Shown in pieces: positions 25,461 to 37,500 of a DNA stretch of 63,785 nt (position 1 is its first letter; every line of letters starts with the position of its first letter). The notes beneath the pieces were generated by a model. It saw only the letters and a program-made list of their open reading frames with translations, ran no database searches and had not been told where the DNA came from. The DNA lies in IMG/VR virus record IMGVR_UViG_3300046318_000369, positions 1 to 63,785 of that record. One strand, 5' to 3'. The position numbers and the translations under genes are program-made. The DNA comes from a virus. Lineage: Duplodnaviria > Caudoviricetes.

Positions 25461-26993
25461 ATGAATAAATTAGAAAATTTTCCTCCGGTATATTGGTTAA
25501 CCTTAAAAGGTTCATCAAGGCAGGAATACATGATTAAACAATTTGAAGAGTATGGTATCAAAAATCATAAAATGATAGAAGGATACGATGCTAGGGAAAT
25601 TGATTTAAAAAATAGTGAAATAGTTTCAGGATCTTATTTTCATCAATTAGATAATGGACAAATAGGGTGTACAATTTCTCATTTAAAAATGATCAAGGAA
25701 TGGTATGAAAATTCTGATAGTCCATGCGCAATTTTTTTCGAAGATGATATAAATTTTAATTCAGTTAATTATTGGAATTTTACCTGGAATGATGTATTGG
25801 AAAATTTGCCAAAAAATTGGAATTGTGTTCAATTATGCCTAGTAAAACATAAAAAAATATCAGGAGTTAACCTGCATCTTAGAACCAATATGAATTGGTC
25901 AGCAGCAGCATATATTATAACTAGAGAATATGCAAAAAGATTAATTGATAATTATTGCATAGGAGATGATAAATTTATATTAAGAATTACCGGTGATCCC
26001 CGCGCTATTCCATTTATTGAAAATGTAATTTATTTTTTAGAATATGGTGATGTATATACCTTGCCTATTTTTACAGAACAAATTTCATTGGTATCTTATT
26101 TTTACGGGCATTTTAGAGAAATGGAAACAATAGATGAAAATAAACGCTCATCTATTAATGTGTTAGCATGGTGGAAGAAAAACGGAAAGAAAACATCCAT
26201 AGAGGAAATTATGAATAAAGTAAAATCAATTCCTGTCATAGGAACATCTGTTATAGATAATACATTTTGGGTCAATAGGCTTTTAATGAGTATTGATTAT
26301 CCTGTAGATAATTTTGTTATTATCAATAATAACGGAAGGGGTGAATTGGATCAAGAATTAGATAGATTAAAAAGCATAGATCACCCATATGTTAAGAATA
26401 TAATAGTAACAACATTACCTGCTAATATAGGAACTGCTGGCAGTTGGAATCTTATCATTAAATGTTTTATGAATAGTCCATATTGGATAATAGTTAAGGA
26501 TGATGTTGCATTTACTCCTGGCATTCTTGAAGAAATGATGATTAATGCAGATTCGGATCCATTAATAGGTCTGATACATGGATATGCGGGCGATTTTGGA
26601 GTCGGGTGCTGGGATTTCTTTTTTATTAGAGATATTATTATTCAAGAATTTGGGTTGTTTGATGAAAATTTATATCCTATGTTCTGCGAGGACGTTGATT
26701 ATATGATTAGATTTATGCATCGTCCTATTAGAAAAGTAATTTCTTTAAGTAAACCATATTATAGAAAATTTGTTGAAAGAAAAGATCATAAGGATAGCAG
26801 CGACATAGATCCGTTACTCAAGGATCAATTAGATGCATCTACTAGTTTAAACATAGATTATCTTAATAAAAAATGGGGTACAGATTGGAGATTATCTGCT
26901 CCAACAATATTACCATTTGAAAATACACCTAATCATGTTTCTAGAACAACTTATGATTTAAATTTTGTAAGAAAAAAGAATTTAGGATTTTGA
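25461..26993 (+). CDS. Fused glycosyltransferase: GT25-like plus GT2-like domain
   Basis: GQIGCTISHL...IFFEDD (GT25-like); IINNNG...NIGTAGSWN...DDVAF...GLFDENLYPMFCEDVDY (GT-A fold). Confidence 0.8.
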   Translation: MNKLENFPPVYWLTLKGSSRQEYMIKQFEEYGIKNHKMIEGYDAREIDLKNSEIVSGSYFHQLDNGQIGCTISHLKMIKEWYENSDSPCAIFFEDDINFNSVNYWNFTWNDVLENLPKNWNCVQLCLVKHKKISGVNLHLRTNMNWSAAAYIITREYAKRLIDNYCIGDDKFILRITGDPRAIPFIENVIYFLEYGDVYTLPIFTEQISLVSYFYGHFREMETIDENKRSSINVLAWWKKNGKKTSIEEIMNKVKSIPVIGTSVIDNTFWVNRLLMSIDYPVDNFVIINNNGRGELDQELDRLKSIDHPYVKNIIVTTLPANIGTAGSWNLIIKCFMNSPYWIIVKDDVAFTPGILEEMMINADSDPLIGLIHGYAGDFGVGCWDFFFIRDIIIQEFGLFDENLYPMFCEDVDYMIRFMHRPIRKVISLSKPYYRKFVERKDHKDSSDIDPLLKDQLDASTSLNIDYLNKKWGTDWRLSAPTILPFENTPNHVSRTTYDLNFVRKKNLGF

Positions 26994-27586
26994 CTATGTT
27001 ATTTAATGTAAATCCACAACTTGATAAAAGAGTATTTATAGTTGATAATTTTTATAGTGATCCATATGCTGTTAGAGAGTATGCATTACAACAGGAATTT
27101 TTTGATGATGAAGGCTATATAGGAAATAGGACTAGAAAACAATTCTTTATTCCGGGTGTTAAAGAAGCATTTGAGAATATTATTGGAGAAAAAATAAAAG
27201 GTTGGCTTCCTGAAGACGATTGGGGAAGATACGGAATGAATGCCAGATTTCAATATAATGTATCTGGTCAGCCATTGGTATATCATTGCGATGCACAAAA
27301 GTGGGCAGCTATGATATATCTTACACCTGATGCACCATTTGAAGCTGGCACTAGCATGTATGCTCATAAAAAAACAAGGATTAGACATATGCATGAGCCT
27401 GAGCCTATGAGAGCATTTAATCAAAAGACTTTTTTAGATCCTACTCCATATCAACCGGTGGATGTAGTAGGTAATGTTTTTAACAGATTGGTTATTTTTG
27501 ATGGACAAATGATACATGCTGCATCATGCTACTTTGGTGATAATATAACAAACTGTAGGTTATGGCATATGTTTTTCTTTGATTGA
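26990..27586 (+). CDS. 2OG-Fe(II) oxygenase-like protein
   Basis: IVDNFYSDP start, HxD (YHCD), WAAMIYLTP, NRLVIF...H...R; TTG start overlapping the upstream stop. Confidence 0.75.
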   Translation: MTMLFNVNPQLDKRVFIVDNFYSDPYAVREYALQQEFFDDEGYIGNRTRKQFFIPGVKEAFENIIGEKIKGWLPEDDWGRYGMNARFQYNVSGQPLVYHCDAQKWAAMIYLTPDAPFEAGTSMYAHKKTRIRHMHEPEPMRAFNQKTFLDPTPYQPVDVVGNVFNRLVIFDGQMIHAASCYFGDNITNCRLWHMFFFD

Positions 27587-27593
27587 TATTGCA

Positions 27594-27599
27594 TAAATA
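27594..27599 (+). promoter_or_regulatory. Late promoter core TAAATA
   Basis: ATAAATA then AAGGAG RBS before ATG 27627. Confidence 0.75.
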
Positions 27600-27626
27600 A
27601 TATTGCCGAGTTCATAAGGAGCGAAG

Positions 27627-30600
27627 ATGGCAATAAAAATTGCAGGAACGAGTGTAATTGATAATAGTAAATCTATAGTCAATCCAAACAAAATATATTT
27701 CAATCCAACATTTCAAACATTACCCGCAGGAGTTAACCAGTCAGTACCCTCAAGCGTGTTGTTGTCGATAATTGACAATCCAAATTCTTATGACACCAGT
27801 CAATATGATTTGTTTGGTCATTCAGTAGCCATATCTGGTAAATATGCTATCGTTGGTGCATATCAAGAAGAAGACGCAGGTGGTGCGTTTTCAGGAAAAG
27901 CATATATCTTCGAAGTAACAACTGGCCAATTACTTTGGAGACTAAACAATCCTAACGCTTATAGCACAAGTGCAAGTGATTATTTTGGTAGTCCGGTAGC
28001 AATATCAGACAACTATGCTATTGTTGGTGCATTTCAAGAAGATGATGCAGGTGGTTTTAGTTCCGGTAAAGCATATATTTTCAACGTAACAACCAGTGCA
28101 CTAGTCTGGACACTAAACAATCCTAATGCTTATAGTACCGGTTCTAATGACTATTTTGGTTTCTCAGTAGGAATATCGGGCAATTATGCTATTGTCGGTG
28201 CATATAATGAAAGTGATGCAGGCGGTGCTGGTTCTGGAAAAGCCTATATCTTTAATGTAACTACTGGTCAATTAGTATGGACATTAAACAATCCTAATGC
28301 TTATAGTTCAAGTGGATATGATTATTTTGGTTATTCAGCAGCAATAGATGGTAACTATGCTATCGTTGGCGCATACGGTGAAGATGATGCTGGTGGTGCT
28401 ATGTCTGGAAAAGCATATATTTTTAATGTTACTACTGGTCAATTAGTATGGACATTAGATAATCCTAATGCTTATGATACTTCAGATTATGATTGGTTTG
28501 GCACCAGAGTAGCGATATCCGGTAACTATGCTATTGTTGGTTCGTCCGAGGACGATGCAGTTGGAGAAAGTTCAGGAAAAGCATATATTTTCGACGTAAC
28601 AACTGGTCAATTACTATGGACACTAAATAATCCTAATGCGTATGGTACAGGTGAGTATGATCGGTTTGGTGAATCAGTGTCGATCTCAGGTAACTATGCT
28701 ATTGTTGGTGCATATGAAGAAGACGATCCACCATATGAATACAGTTCAGGTAAAGCATACATCTTTAATGTTACTACCGGGCAATTGCTCTGGACATTAG
28801 ATAACCCTACTGCTTATAGTACAGGTAACGCTGATAATTTTGGATGGGCCGTAGCAATATCGGGTAACTATGCTATTGTGGGCGCGCGAGGTGAATCTGA
28901 AGCAGGTGCAGGTAGTGCTTCGGGTAAGGCATATATATATGTAACAAATCAATATAACCAAGTATACGAACAATACACCTCGGTGATTGCTTCCGTAAAC
29001 GACTATGATTACGGAGCAACCCGAAAATATGTTAGAGGAACTAAACTGTGGACATTAAACAATCCTAATGCTTATAGTACAAGTGCATACGATATTTTTG
29101 GTTACTCAGTAGCAATATCAGGTAACTATGCTATCGTTGGTGCGGTTAATGAAGATGATGCGGGTGGCATTAATTCAGGTAAAGCATACATCTATAACGT
29201 TACTACTGGTGCGTTAGTCTGGACATTGAATAACCCTAATGCTTATAGTACAAGTGACAGTGATTATTTTGGTTGGTCAGTAGCAGTAGATGGTAACTAT
29301 GCTATTGTTAGTGCATATCTTGAAGATGATGCAAGTGGCTTTAATTCTGGTAAAGCATACATCTACAGCGTTACTACTGGTGCGCTAGTCTGGACACTAA
29401 ATAACCCTAATCTTTATAGTACAAGTCTAAATGATTTTTTTGGTACTTCAGTAGCAATATCGGGTAACTATGCAATCGTTGGTGCATATGGTGAAGATGA
29501 TACAGGCGGTAATGATTCAGGAAAGGCATACGTCTATAACGTCACTACTGGTGCACTGATCTGGACACTAAATAACCCTAATCCTTATGGTACAAGTGCA
29601 AGTGATAACTTTGGTCAATCAGTAGCAATATCAGGTAACTATGCTATTGTTGGTGCAGTTGGTGAGGATGATGCAAGTGGTACTTTTTCTGGTAAAGCCT
29701 ACATCTATAATGTAACTACAGGTGCACTGGTCTGGACACTGAATAATCCCAATCCTTATAGCACATCGTTATATGATTATTTTGGTTCTTCAGTAGCAAT
29801 ATCAGGTAACTATGCTATCGTTGGTGCATGTTTTGAAGATGATGCAAGTGGTACTGATTCTGGAAAGGCATACATCTATAACGTTACTACAGGTGCACTA
29901 TTGTGGACATTGAATAATCCTAATCCATATAGTACAAGTCAAAATGATAATTTTGGTGTTTCAGTAGCAATATCGGGTAACTATGCAATCGTTGGTGCAT
30001 ATCAAGAAGAAGACGCAGGTGGCACTGATTCTGGAAAAGCATACATCTACAATGTTACTACTGGCCAATTACTTTGGACATTGAATAATCCTAATGCGTA
30101 TAGTACAAGTTTCGGCGATTATTTTGGTAATTCGGTAGCCATATCCGGTAACTATGCTATTGTTGGTGTATACTACGAAGATGATGCGGGTGGTAATCAA
30201 TCGGGTAAAGCCTACATCTTTGCAGTAAATGACGTTTATGCTCTTAACAATGTAGATTCAGTAAAACTTGCAAATGGGTTTACACTTGACGGTGGTGGCA
30301 AGTTGTTGCAACCAAGTGTACCTGCAGGAGCACTTCTGAAGACTTTTGATAATCCGAATGCTTATAGTACAAGTGCAAATGATAATTTTGGTGTTTCGGT
30401 GGCAATAGATGGTAACTATGCCATTGTGGGTGCATACTGGGAAGATAACATTAGTGGTTCTGATTCGGGTAAAGCATACATTTTTAATGTCACTACTGGT
30501 GCACTACTCTTTACATTAAATAATCCTAATGCATATAGCACAGGTGCAAATGATTATTTTGGTTACTCAGTAGCTGTATCAGGTAATTATGCTATTATTG

Positions 30601-31562
30601 GTGCACGGACCGAAAGTGATGCTAGCGGTACTTCTTCTGGTAAAGCATACATCTATAATGTTACTACTGGTCAATTAATATGGACATTAGATAATCCTAA
30701 TGCTTATAGCACCGGTCAAAGTGATAATTTTGGTTATTCGATGGCAATATCAGGTAATTATGCTATTATTGGTGCAGTATACGAAGATGATTCTAGTGGC
30801 ACCCAATCGGGTAAAGCATATATTTTTAATGTCACTACTGGTGCATTACTTTGGACACTAACTAACCCTAATGCATATAGTACAAGTTCAGGAGATTGGT
30901 TTGGTAATTCAGTAGCAGTATCAGGCAACTATGCTATAGTCAGTGCAGTTCAAGAAGAAGATGCAGGTGGGTCATATTCTGGTAAAGCATACATCTATAA
31001 TGTAACTACAGGCGCTCTAGTCTGGACACTAAATGATCCTAATGCATATAGTACAAGTACCGGCGACAGGTTTGGATACTCGGTGGCAATATCAGGCAAT
31101 TATGCCATTGTTGGCGCAGCGGATGAAGGTGATACAGGTGGTGCGTATTCAGGAAAAGCATACATCTACAATGTTACTACAGGTGAATTACTATATACTT
31201 TAAATAATCCCAATGCATATGGTACACGTGCTAATGACGGGTTTGGTGTTTCGGCAGCAATATCGGGTAACTATGCTATCGTTGGTGCAACAGGGGAAGA
31301 TGATGCAGGCGGTAATGGTTCGGGTAAAGCATACATCTTTAATGTTACTACTGGCGCATTAGTGTGGACATTGGATAATCCTAATGCTTATGATACAAGT
31401 ACAGCTGATATGTTCGGTGGGTTGATAGGAATGTCAGGTGACTACGCTATCATTAGTGCATATGCTGAAGATGATGCAGGTGGCACTACTTCCGGTAAAG
31501 CATACTTATTCTCCGTACGTGATCTGACATATTTGGATCGGTTAGTTCAAATGGTTTCTTAA
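27627..31562 (+). CDS. FG-GAP-repeat beta-propeller protein 1 (21 blades, 7+7+7)
   Basis: 21 copies of a ~57-aa repeat NPNAYxTxxxDxFGxSVAISGNYAIVGAxxEDDAxGxxSGKAYIxNVTTG, with linkers after blades 7 and 14. Confidence 0.9.
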   Translation: MAIKIAGTSVIDNSKSIVNPNKIYFNPTFQTLPAGVNQSVPSSVLLSIIDNPNSYDTSQYDLFGHSVAISGKYAIVGAYQEEDAGGAFSGKAYIFEVTTGQLLWRLNNPNAYSTSASDYFGSPVAISDNYAIVGAFQEDDAGGFSSGKAYIFNVTTSALVWTLNNPNAYSTGSNDYFGFSVGISGNYAIVGAYNESDAGGAGSGKAYIFNVTTGQLVWTLNNPNAYSSSGYDYFGYSAAIDGNYAIVGAYGEDDAGGAMSGKAYIFNVTTGQLVWTLDNPNAYDTSDYDWFGTRVAISGNYAIVGSSEDDAVGESSGKAYIFDVTTGQLLWTLNNPNAYGTGEYDRFGESVSISGNYAIVGAYEEDDPPYEYSSGKAYIFNVTTGQLLWTLDNPTAYSTGNADNFGWAVAISGNYAIVGARGESEAGAGSASGKAYIYVTNQYNQVYEQYTSVIASVNDYDYGATRKYVRGTKLWTLNNPNAYSTSAYDIFGYSVAISGNYAIVGAVNEDDAGGINSGKAYIYNVTTGALVWTLNNPNAYSTSDSDYFGWSVAVDGNYAIVSAYLEDDASGFNSGKAYIYSVTTGALVWTLNNPNLYSTSLNDFFGTSVAISGNYAIVGAYGEDDTGGNDSGKAYVYNVTTGALIWTLNNPNPYGTSASDNFGQSVAISGNYAIVGAVGEDDASGTFSGKAYIYNVTTGALVWTLNNPNPYSTSLYDYFGSSVAISGNYAIVGACFEDDASGTDSGKAYIYNVTTGALLWTLNNPNPYSTSQNDNFGVSVAISGNYAIVGAYQEEDAGGTDSGKAYIYNVTTGQLLWTLNNPNAYSTSFGDYFGNSVAISGNYAIVGVYYEDDAGGNQSGKAYIFAVNDVYALNNVDSVKLANGFTLDGGGKLLQPSVPAGALLKTFDNPNAYSTSANDNFGVSVAIDGNYAIVGAYWEDNISGSDSGKAYIFNVTTGALLFTLNNPNAYSTGANDYFGYSVAVSGNYAIIGARTESDASGTSSGKAYIYNVTTGQLIWTLDNPNAYSTGQSDNFGYSMAISGNYAIIGAVYEDDSSGTQSGKAYIFNVTTGALLWTLTNPNAYSTSSGDWFGNSVAVSGNYAIVSAVQEEDAGGSYSGKAYIYNVTTGALVWTLNDPNAYSTSTGDRFGYSVAISGNYAIVGAADEGDTGGAYSGKAYIYNVTTGELLYTLNNPNAYGTRANDGFGVSAAISGNYAIVGATGEDDAGGNGSGKAYIFNVTTGALVWTLDNPNAYDTSTADMFGGLIGMSGDYAIISAYAEDDAGGTTSGKAYLFSVRDLTYLDRLVQMVS

Positions 31563-34500
31563 GGACAAAAAATGGCGATACAAATAAACGGTACAACAGT
31601 TATAAACAACAACCGCCGCGCACTTGCAATCAACAACATTCAATTTGCCGATGGTACTGTACAATCTACTGCGAATCTTGATGCTGCTAAATTGGGAGAG
31701 AATGTAGGAACCGCAGGTGCTCTTATATTCACATTAAATAATCCAGGTACAAATGTAATTTTAAATTCAAATAATGATTATTTTGGTGACCCGGTGGCGA
31801 TAGATGGTAACTATGCTATTGTCGGTGCACCTGAAGAAGATGATGCAAGTGGTGATTCTTCAGGTAAGGCATATATTTTCGACATAACAACCGGTGCATT
31901 AATTCGTACATTAAACAATCCTAATGCTTATGATACAGCTTCGGGGGATTTGTTTGGTAATTCAGTAGCAATATCTGGTAATTATGCTATTGTTGGTGCA
32001 CAGTACGAAGATATTGTTGGTGGTACTAGTTCAGGTAAAGTTTACGTTTTTAACGTAACAACTGGTCAATTACTATGGACATTAAACAACCCTAATGCTT
32101 ACAGTACAAGTTCAGGAGATCGGTTTGGTAATTCAGTAGCCGTATCTGGTAATTATGCTATTGTTGGTGCATATTTTGAGTCTGATGCAAGCGGCGCTAC
32201 TTCCGGTAAAGCATATATTTTCAACGTAACAACTGGCCAACTAGCGTGGATATTAGATAATCCTAATCTATATGGTACTAGCGCAAATGATCAATTTGGT
32301 AATTCAGTATCAATCTCGGGTAACTATGCTATTGTTGGTGCATCTTCAGAAGACGATGCCAGCGGCCTTGGTTCTGGTAAAGCATATATTTTCGACGTAA
32401 CAACTGGCCAATTACTATGGACATTAGATAATCCCAATGCTTACAGTACAAGTGCACTTGATTATTTTGGTTTCTCAGTAGCTGTATCTGGTAACTATGC
32501 AATTGTTGGTGCATATCAAGAAGGTGATACAGGCGGTGCGTATTCAGGAAAAGCATACATCTACAATGTTACTACTGGTACACTACTGTTTACATTGAAT
32601 AACCCTAGTGCTTATAGTACCGGTGCAGATGATAATTTTGGTGAATCAGTATCAATCTCAGATAACTATGCTATCGTTGGCGCATCTTTTGAGTCTGATG
32701 CAGGTGGTTTTAGTTCCGGTAAAGCATATATTTTCGACGTAACAACTGGCCAACTACTATGGACACTAAACAATCCTAATGCTTATAGTACCAGTGCCAA
32801 TGACAGATTTGGTAACAGGGTGGCAATATCCGGCGACTATGCCATTGTTGGCGTATGGGGTGAAGGTGATACAAGCGGTAATCGATCAGGTAAAGTGTAC
32901 ACATTTAGTGCAAGTTCCGGAGTGTATCTCAAAACAATTGATAATCCTAATGTGTACGGTGCAACGATCTATGACCGGTTTGGCAACTCAGTATCAATAT
33001 CAGGTAACTATGCTATCGTTGGTGCATGGACCGAATCCGATGCAACAGGCTTCAATTCAGGAAAAGCATACATTTTCAACGTAACAACCGGTCAATTACT
33101 ATGGACATTAGATAATCCCAATGCTTATAGTACAGGTGCTAATGACAATTTTGGCCAATCAGTTGCAATATCAGGTAACTATGCTATTGTTAGTGCACCG
33201 GGTGAAGCCGAGGCAGGTGGCGGTATTACTTCTGGTAAAGCATACATCTATAATGTTACTAACGGCGCAGTACTTTGGACACTAAACAATCCTAATGCTT
33301 ATAGTACAAGCTTGAATGATAATTTTGGATGGGCCGTAGCAATATCAGGTAACTATGCTATCGTTAATGCATGGGGTGAAGACGATGCAGGTGGTACGTA
33401 CTCGGGAAAAGCTTACATCTATAACGTCACTACTGGTCAATTAGTATGGACACTAAACAATCCGAATGCTTATAGTACAAGCTTGAATGATTATTTTGGT
33501 TATTCAGTAGCCGTATCGGGTAACTATGCTATTGTTGGTGCACATGAAGAAGATGATGCTAGAGGTACTTCTTCTGGTAAAGCCTACATCTATAATGTTA
33601 CTACTGGTCAATTAGTATGGACACTAAACAACCCTAATATATATGGTACTGGAATATCAGATAGATTTGGATTTTCAGTAGCCGTATCGGGTAACTATGC
33701 TATTGTTGGTGCATATCAAGAAGATGAAGGACAAACTGTTTCTCAATCTGGCAAAGCATACATCTATAATGTTACTAACGGCGCATTACTTTGGACACTA
33801 AACAATCCTAATGCTTATAGTACCGGGCTAAATGATGAGTTTGGCTCCAGAGTAGCGATATCCGGTAACTATGCTATTGTTAGTGCATACAACGAAGATG
33901 ATGCTAGCGGTACTTCTTCTGGTAAAGCCTACATCTATAATGTTACTACTGGTGCATTAATTCGTACATTAAACAATCCTAGTGCTTATAGTACAGGTAA
34001 CGGTGATCAATTTGGTAATTCAGTAGCCGTATCAGGTAACTATGCCATTGTCGGTGTACAAACCGAAGATGATGTAGGCGGAGTTGATTCCGGTAAAGCT
34101 TACATATTCCAGATATCTCAGGCAGTAGATTCTGCATATGTTGAAGAAATCAACTTTTCTTCCGGAGCATCTTTAAACTTACTAACGCATAAAGCGTTTC
34201 AAGTAGCACACCCTGCAGGAGGATTAGTGTGGACTTTAGATAATCCAAATGCTTACAGTACAAGCTTCAATGATCAGTTCGGTTACTCATCAGCAATATC
34301 TGGTAATTATGCTATTGTTGGTGCATTTCAGGAAGTTGCACCGTACGGATTAGACTTTTTATATGACTCTGGAACTGCATACATTTATAATGTTGCAACG
34401 GGACAATTGTTGCATACATTAATTAATCCAAATCCTTTAATCCCTAACATATATGATACTGATTATTTTGGTTATTCGGTAGCAATATCAGGAAATTATG

Positions 34501-37500
34501 CTATTGTTGGTGCATATACCGAATACAATGCAGCCGGCAGCACAAATTCCGGTAAAGCATATATTTTCAACGTAACAACTGGCCAATTATTATGGACATT
34601 AGATAATCCTAATGCATATAGTACAAGTGCAGGTGATCAGTTTGGTTATTCAGTAGCAATATCAGGTAACTATGCTATCGTTGGCGCATGGCAAGAAGAT
34701 GATGCAAGTGGTACTTCTTCTGGTAAAGCATATATTTTTAATGTCACTACTGGTGCATTACTTTGGACACTAACTAACCCTAATGCATATAGTACAAGTG
34801 CTAATGACGGGTTTGGTGCTTCAGTGGCAATATCAGGTAACTATGCTATTGTTAGTGCAAGTTACGAAGATGATGTACGTGGTTTTAGTTCCGGTAAAGC
34901 ATATATTTTCAACGTAACAACCGGTGCACTAGTCTGGACACTAAACAATCCTAATGCTTATAGTTCAGGTGGATACGATGGGTTTGGCGTGTCGGTGGCA
35001 ATATCAGGCAACTATGCCATTGTTGGATCGTTTGAGGATGATGCTAGTGGTCAAAATTCAGGAAAAGCATATATTTTCAACGTAACTACTGGTCAATTAG
35101 TATGGACACTAAACAATCCTAATGCTTATGGTACAGGTAACGGTGATCAATTTGGTACTGTGGTGGCAATATCTGGTAATTATGCTATTGTTGGTGCATA
35201 CTACGAAGATGATGCAGGTGGTACTGAATCAGGAAAAGCATACATTTTCGACATAACAACTGGTCAATTAATATGTACATTAGATAACCCTAATGCGTAT
35301 GATTTTGCAGGAAGCGATGTTTTTGGTTGGTCAGTAGCCATATCGGGTAACTATGCTATTGTTGGTGCATATCAAGAAGATGATGCTAGCGGTTCTGGTT
35401 CTGGTAAATCATACATCTTTTCAATTACTGATCAAACGTATCTTGACAAAATACTTACTGTATCACAATCTATTTTCTAAGAGAATATTATGGCAATAAA
35501 AGTAAACGGGTATAACGCGATTGATGATAGTAGAAATATGTACTTAAGAAGCATTCAATTTGCAGACGGTACAACACAAACTAGTGATGTAATTGCTAGC
35601 TCAAATATTACAACGACTCCAGGAGGGTCGTTACTACAAACAATAAACTATCCTCAATTTTTAAGCCAACTTAGCAGTAACGGCGACAGATTTGGTGTTT
35701 CAGTGGCCGTATCGGGTAACTATGCTATTGTTGGTGCATATAGGGAAGATGATGCAGACGGTAATGATTCAGGAAAAGCATATATCTTTAATGTCACTAC
35801 TGGCGCATTAGTGTGGACACTAAACAATCCTAGTGCTTATAGTACCGGGTTCGATGATGAGTTTGGCTACTCAGTTGCAATATCAGGTAACTATGCTATT
35901 GTTAGTGCAATAAATGAAAGTGATGCAGGTGGTTATAGTTCAGGAAAAGTATACATCTACAATGTTACCACTGGCGCGCTACTATATACTTTAAATAATC
36001 CCAATGCTTATAGTACAAGTCGAAATGACTATTTTGGTTACTCAGTAGCAATATCAGGTAATTATGCTATCGTTGGTGCGAATTGGGAAGGTGATGCTGG
36101 CGGTGCGTATTCAGGTAAAGCATATATTTTTGATGTAACAACTGGCCTACTACTTTGGACATTAGATAATCCTAATGCTTATGGTACCAGTGCCGGAGAC
36201 GGGTTTGGTGACTCTGTGGCCGTATCTGGTAACTATGCTATTGTTGGTGCAAGTTACGAAGCCGATGTAGGTGGTAATAGTTCGGGTAAAGCATATATCT
36301 TTAATGTCACTACTGGCGCATTAGTGTGGACATTGGATAATCCTAATGCTTATAGTACAAGTGAGAATGATAGATTTGGATGGGCTGTAGCAATATCAGG
36401 TAACTATGCTGCTGTCGGTGCAATAAATGAAAGTGATACATCTGGCATATATTCCGGTAAAGCCTATATCTATAACGTCACTACCGGTGCACTACTCTTT
36501 ACACTAAATGATCCTAATGCATATAGTACAAGTACCGGCGACAGGTTTGGATACTCAGTTGCAATATCAGGTAACTATGCCATTGTTGGTGCACCTGAAG
36601 AAGCTGATGTCAACGGCATTGGTTCAGGTAAAGCATACATCTATAACGTCACTACCGGTGCATTACTCTTTACACTAAACAATCCTAATGCGTACGGCAC
36701 CAGTTCGTATGATTATTTTGGTAATTCAGTAGCCGTATCTGGCAATTATGCAATCATTGGTGCATATCAAGAAGCTGATGCTAGTGGGTCACAATCAGGA
36801 AAAGCATACATCTATAATGTTACTACAGGTGTTCGATATTTAACAATTGATAATCCAAATAAGTTTAACGCTAATGGTGCATCATCATATCACGGACGAT
36901 CAGTAGCAATATCAGGTAACTATGCTATCGTTGGCGCACATGGTGAAGATGACATTAGTAGTCCTGATTCGGGTAAAGCATACATCTATAATGTCACTAC
37001 TGGTGAACTAGTCTGGGCACTAGATAATCCTAATGCTTATAGCACAATAACAAATGATAATTTTGGTTTATCAGTCGCAATATCAGGCAACTATGCTGCT
37101 GTCGGTGCAATAAATGAAGATGATGCAAGTGGTATTAGTTCTGGTAAAGCATACATCTTTAATGTTACTACTGGTCAATTAGTATGTACACTAAACAATC
37201 CGAATGCTTATAGTACAAGCGTATTTGATTCTTTTTCAAATAGTTTAGCGATCTCTGGAAATTATGCTATCGTTACTGCATGGGGTGAAGATCAAGCAAG
37301 TACAGGCAGCGGGTCCGGTAAAGCATACATCTTTAATGTCACTACTGGTCAATTAATATGGACACTAAACAATCCAAATGCTTATAGTACAAGTCAAGAT
37401 GATAATTTTGGTACTTCGGTTGCAATATCTGGCAACTATGCTATATTAGGAGCAAATAATGAAGATGCTGCCGATGGTTTACAATCAGGTAAAGCATACA

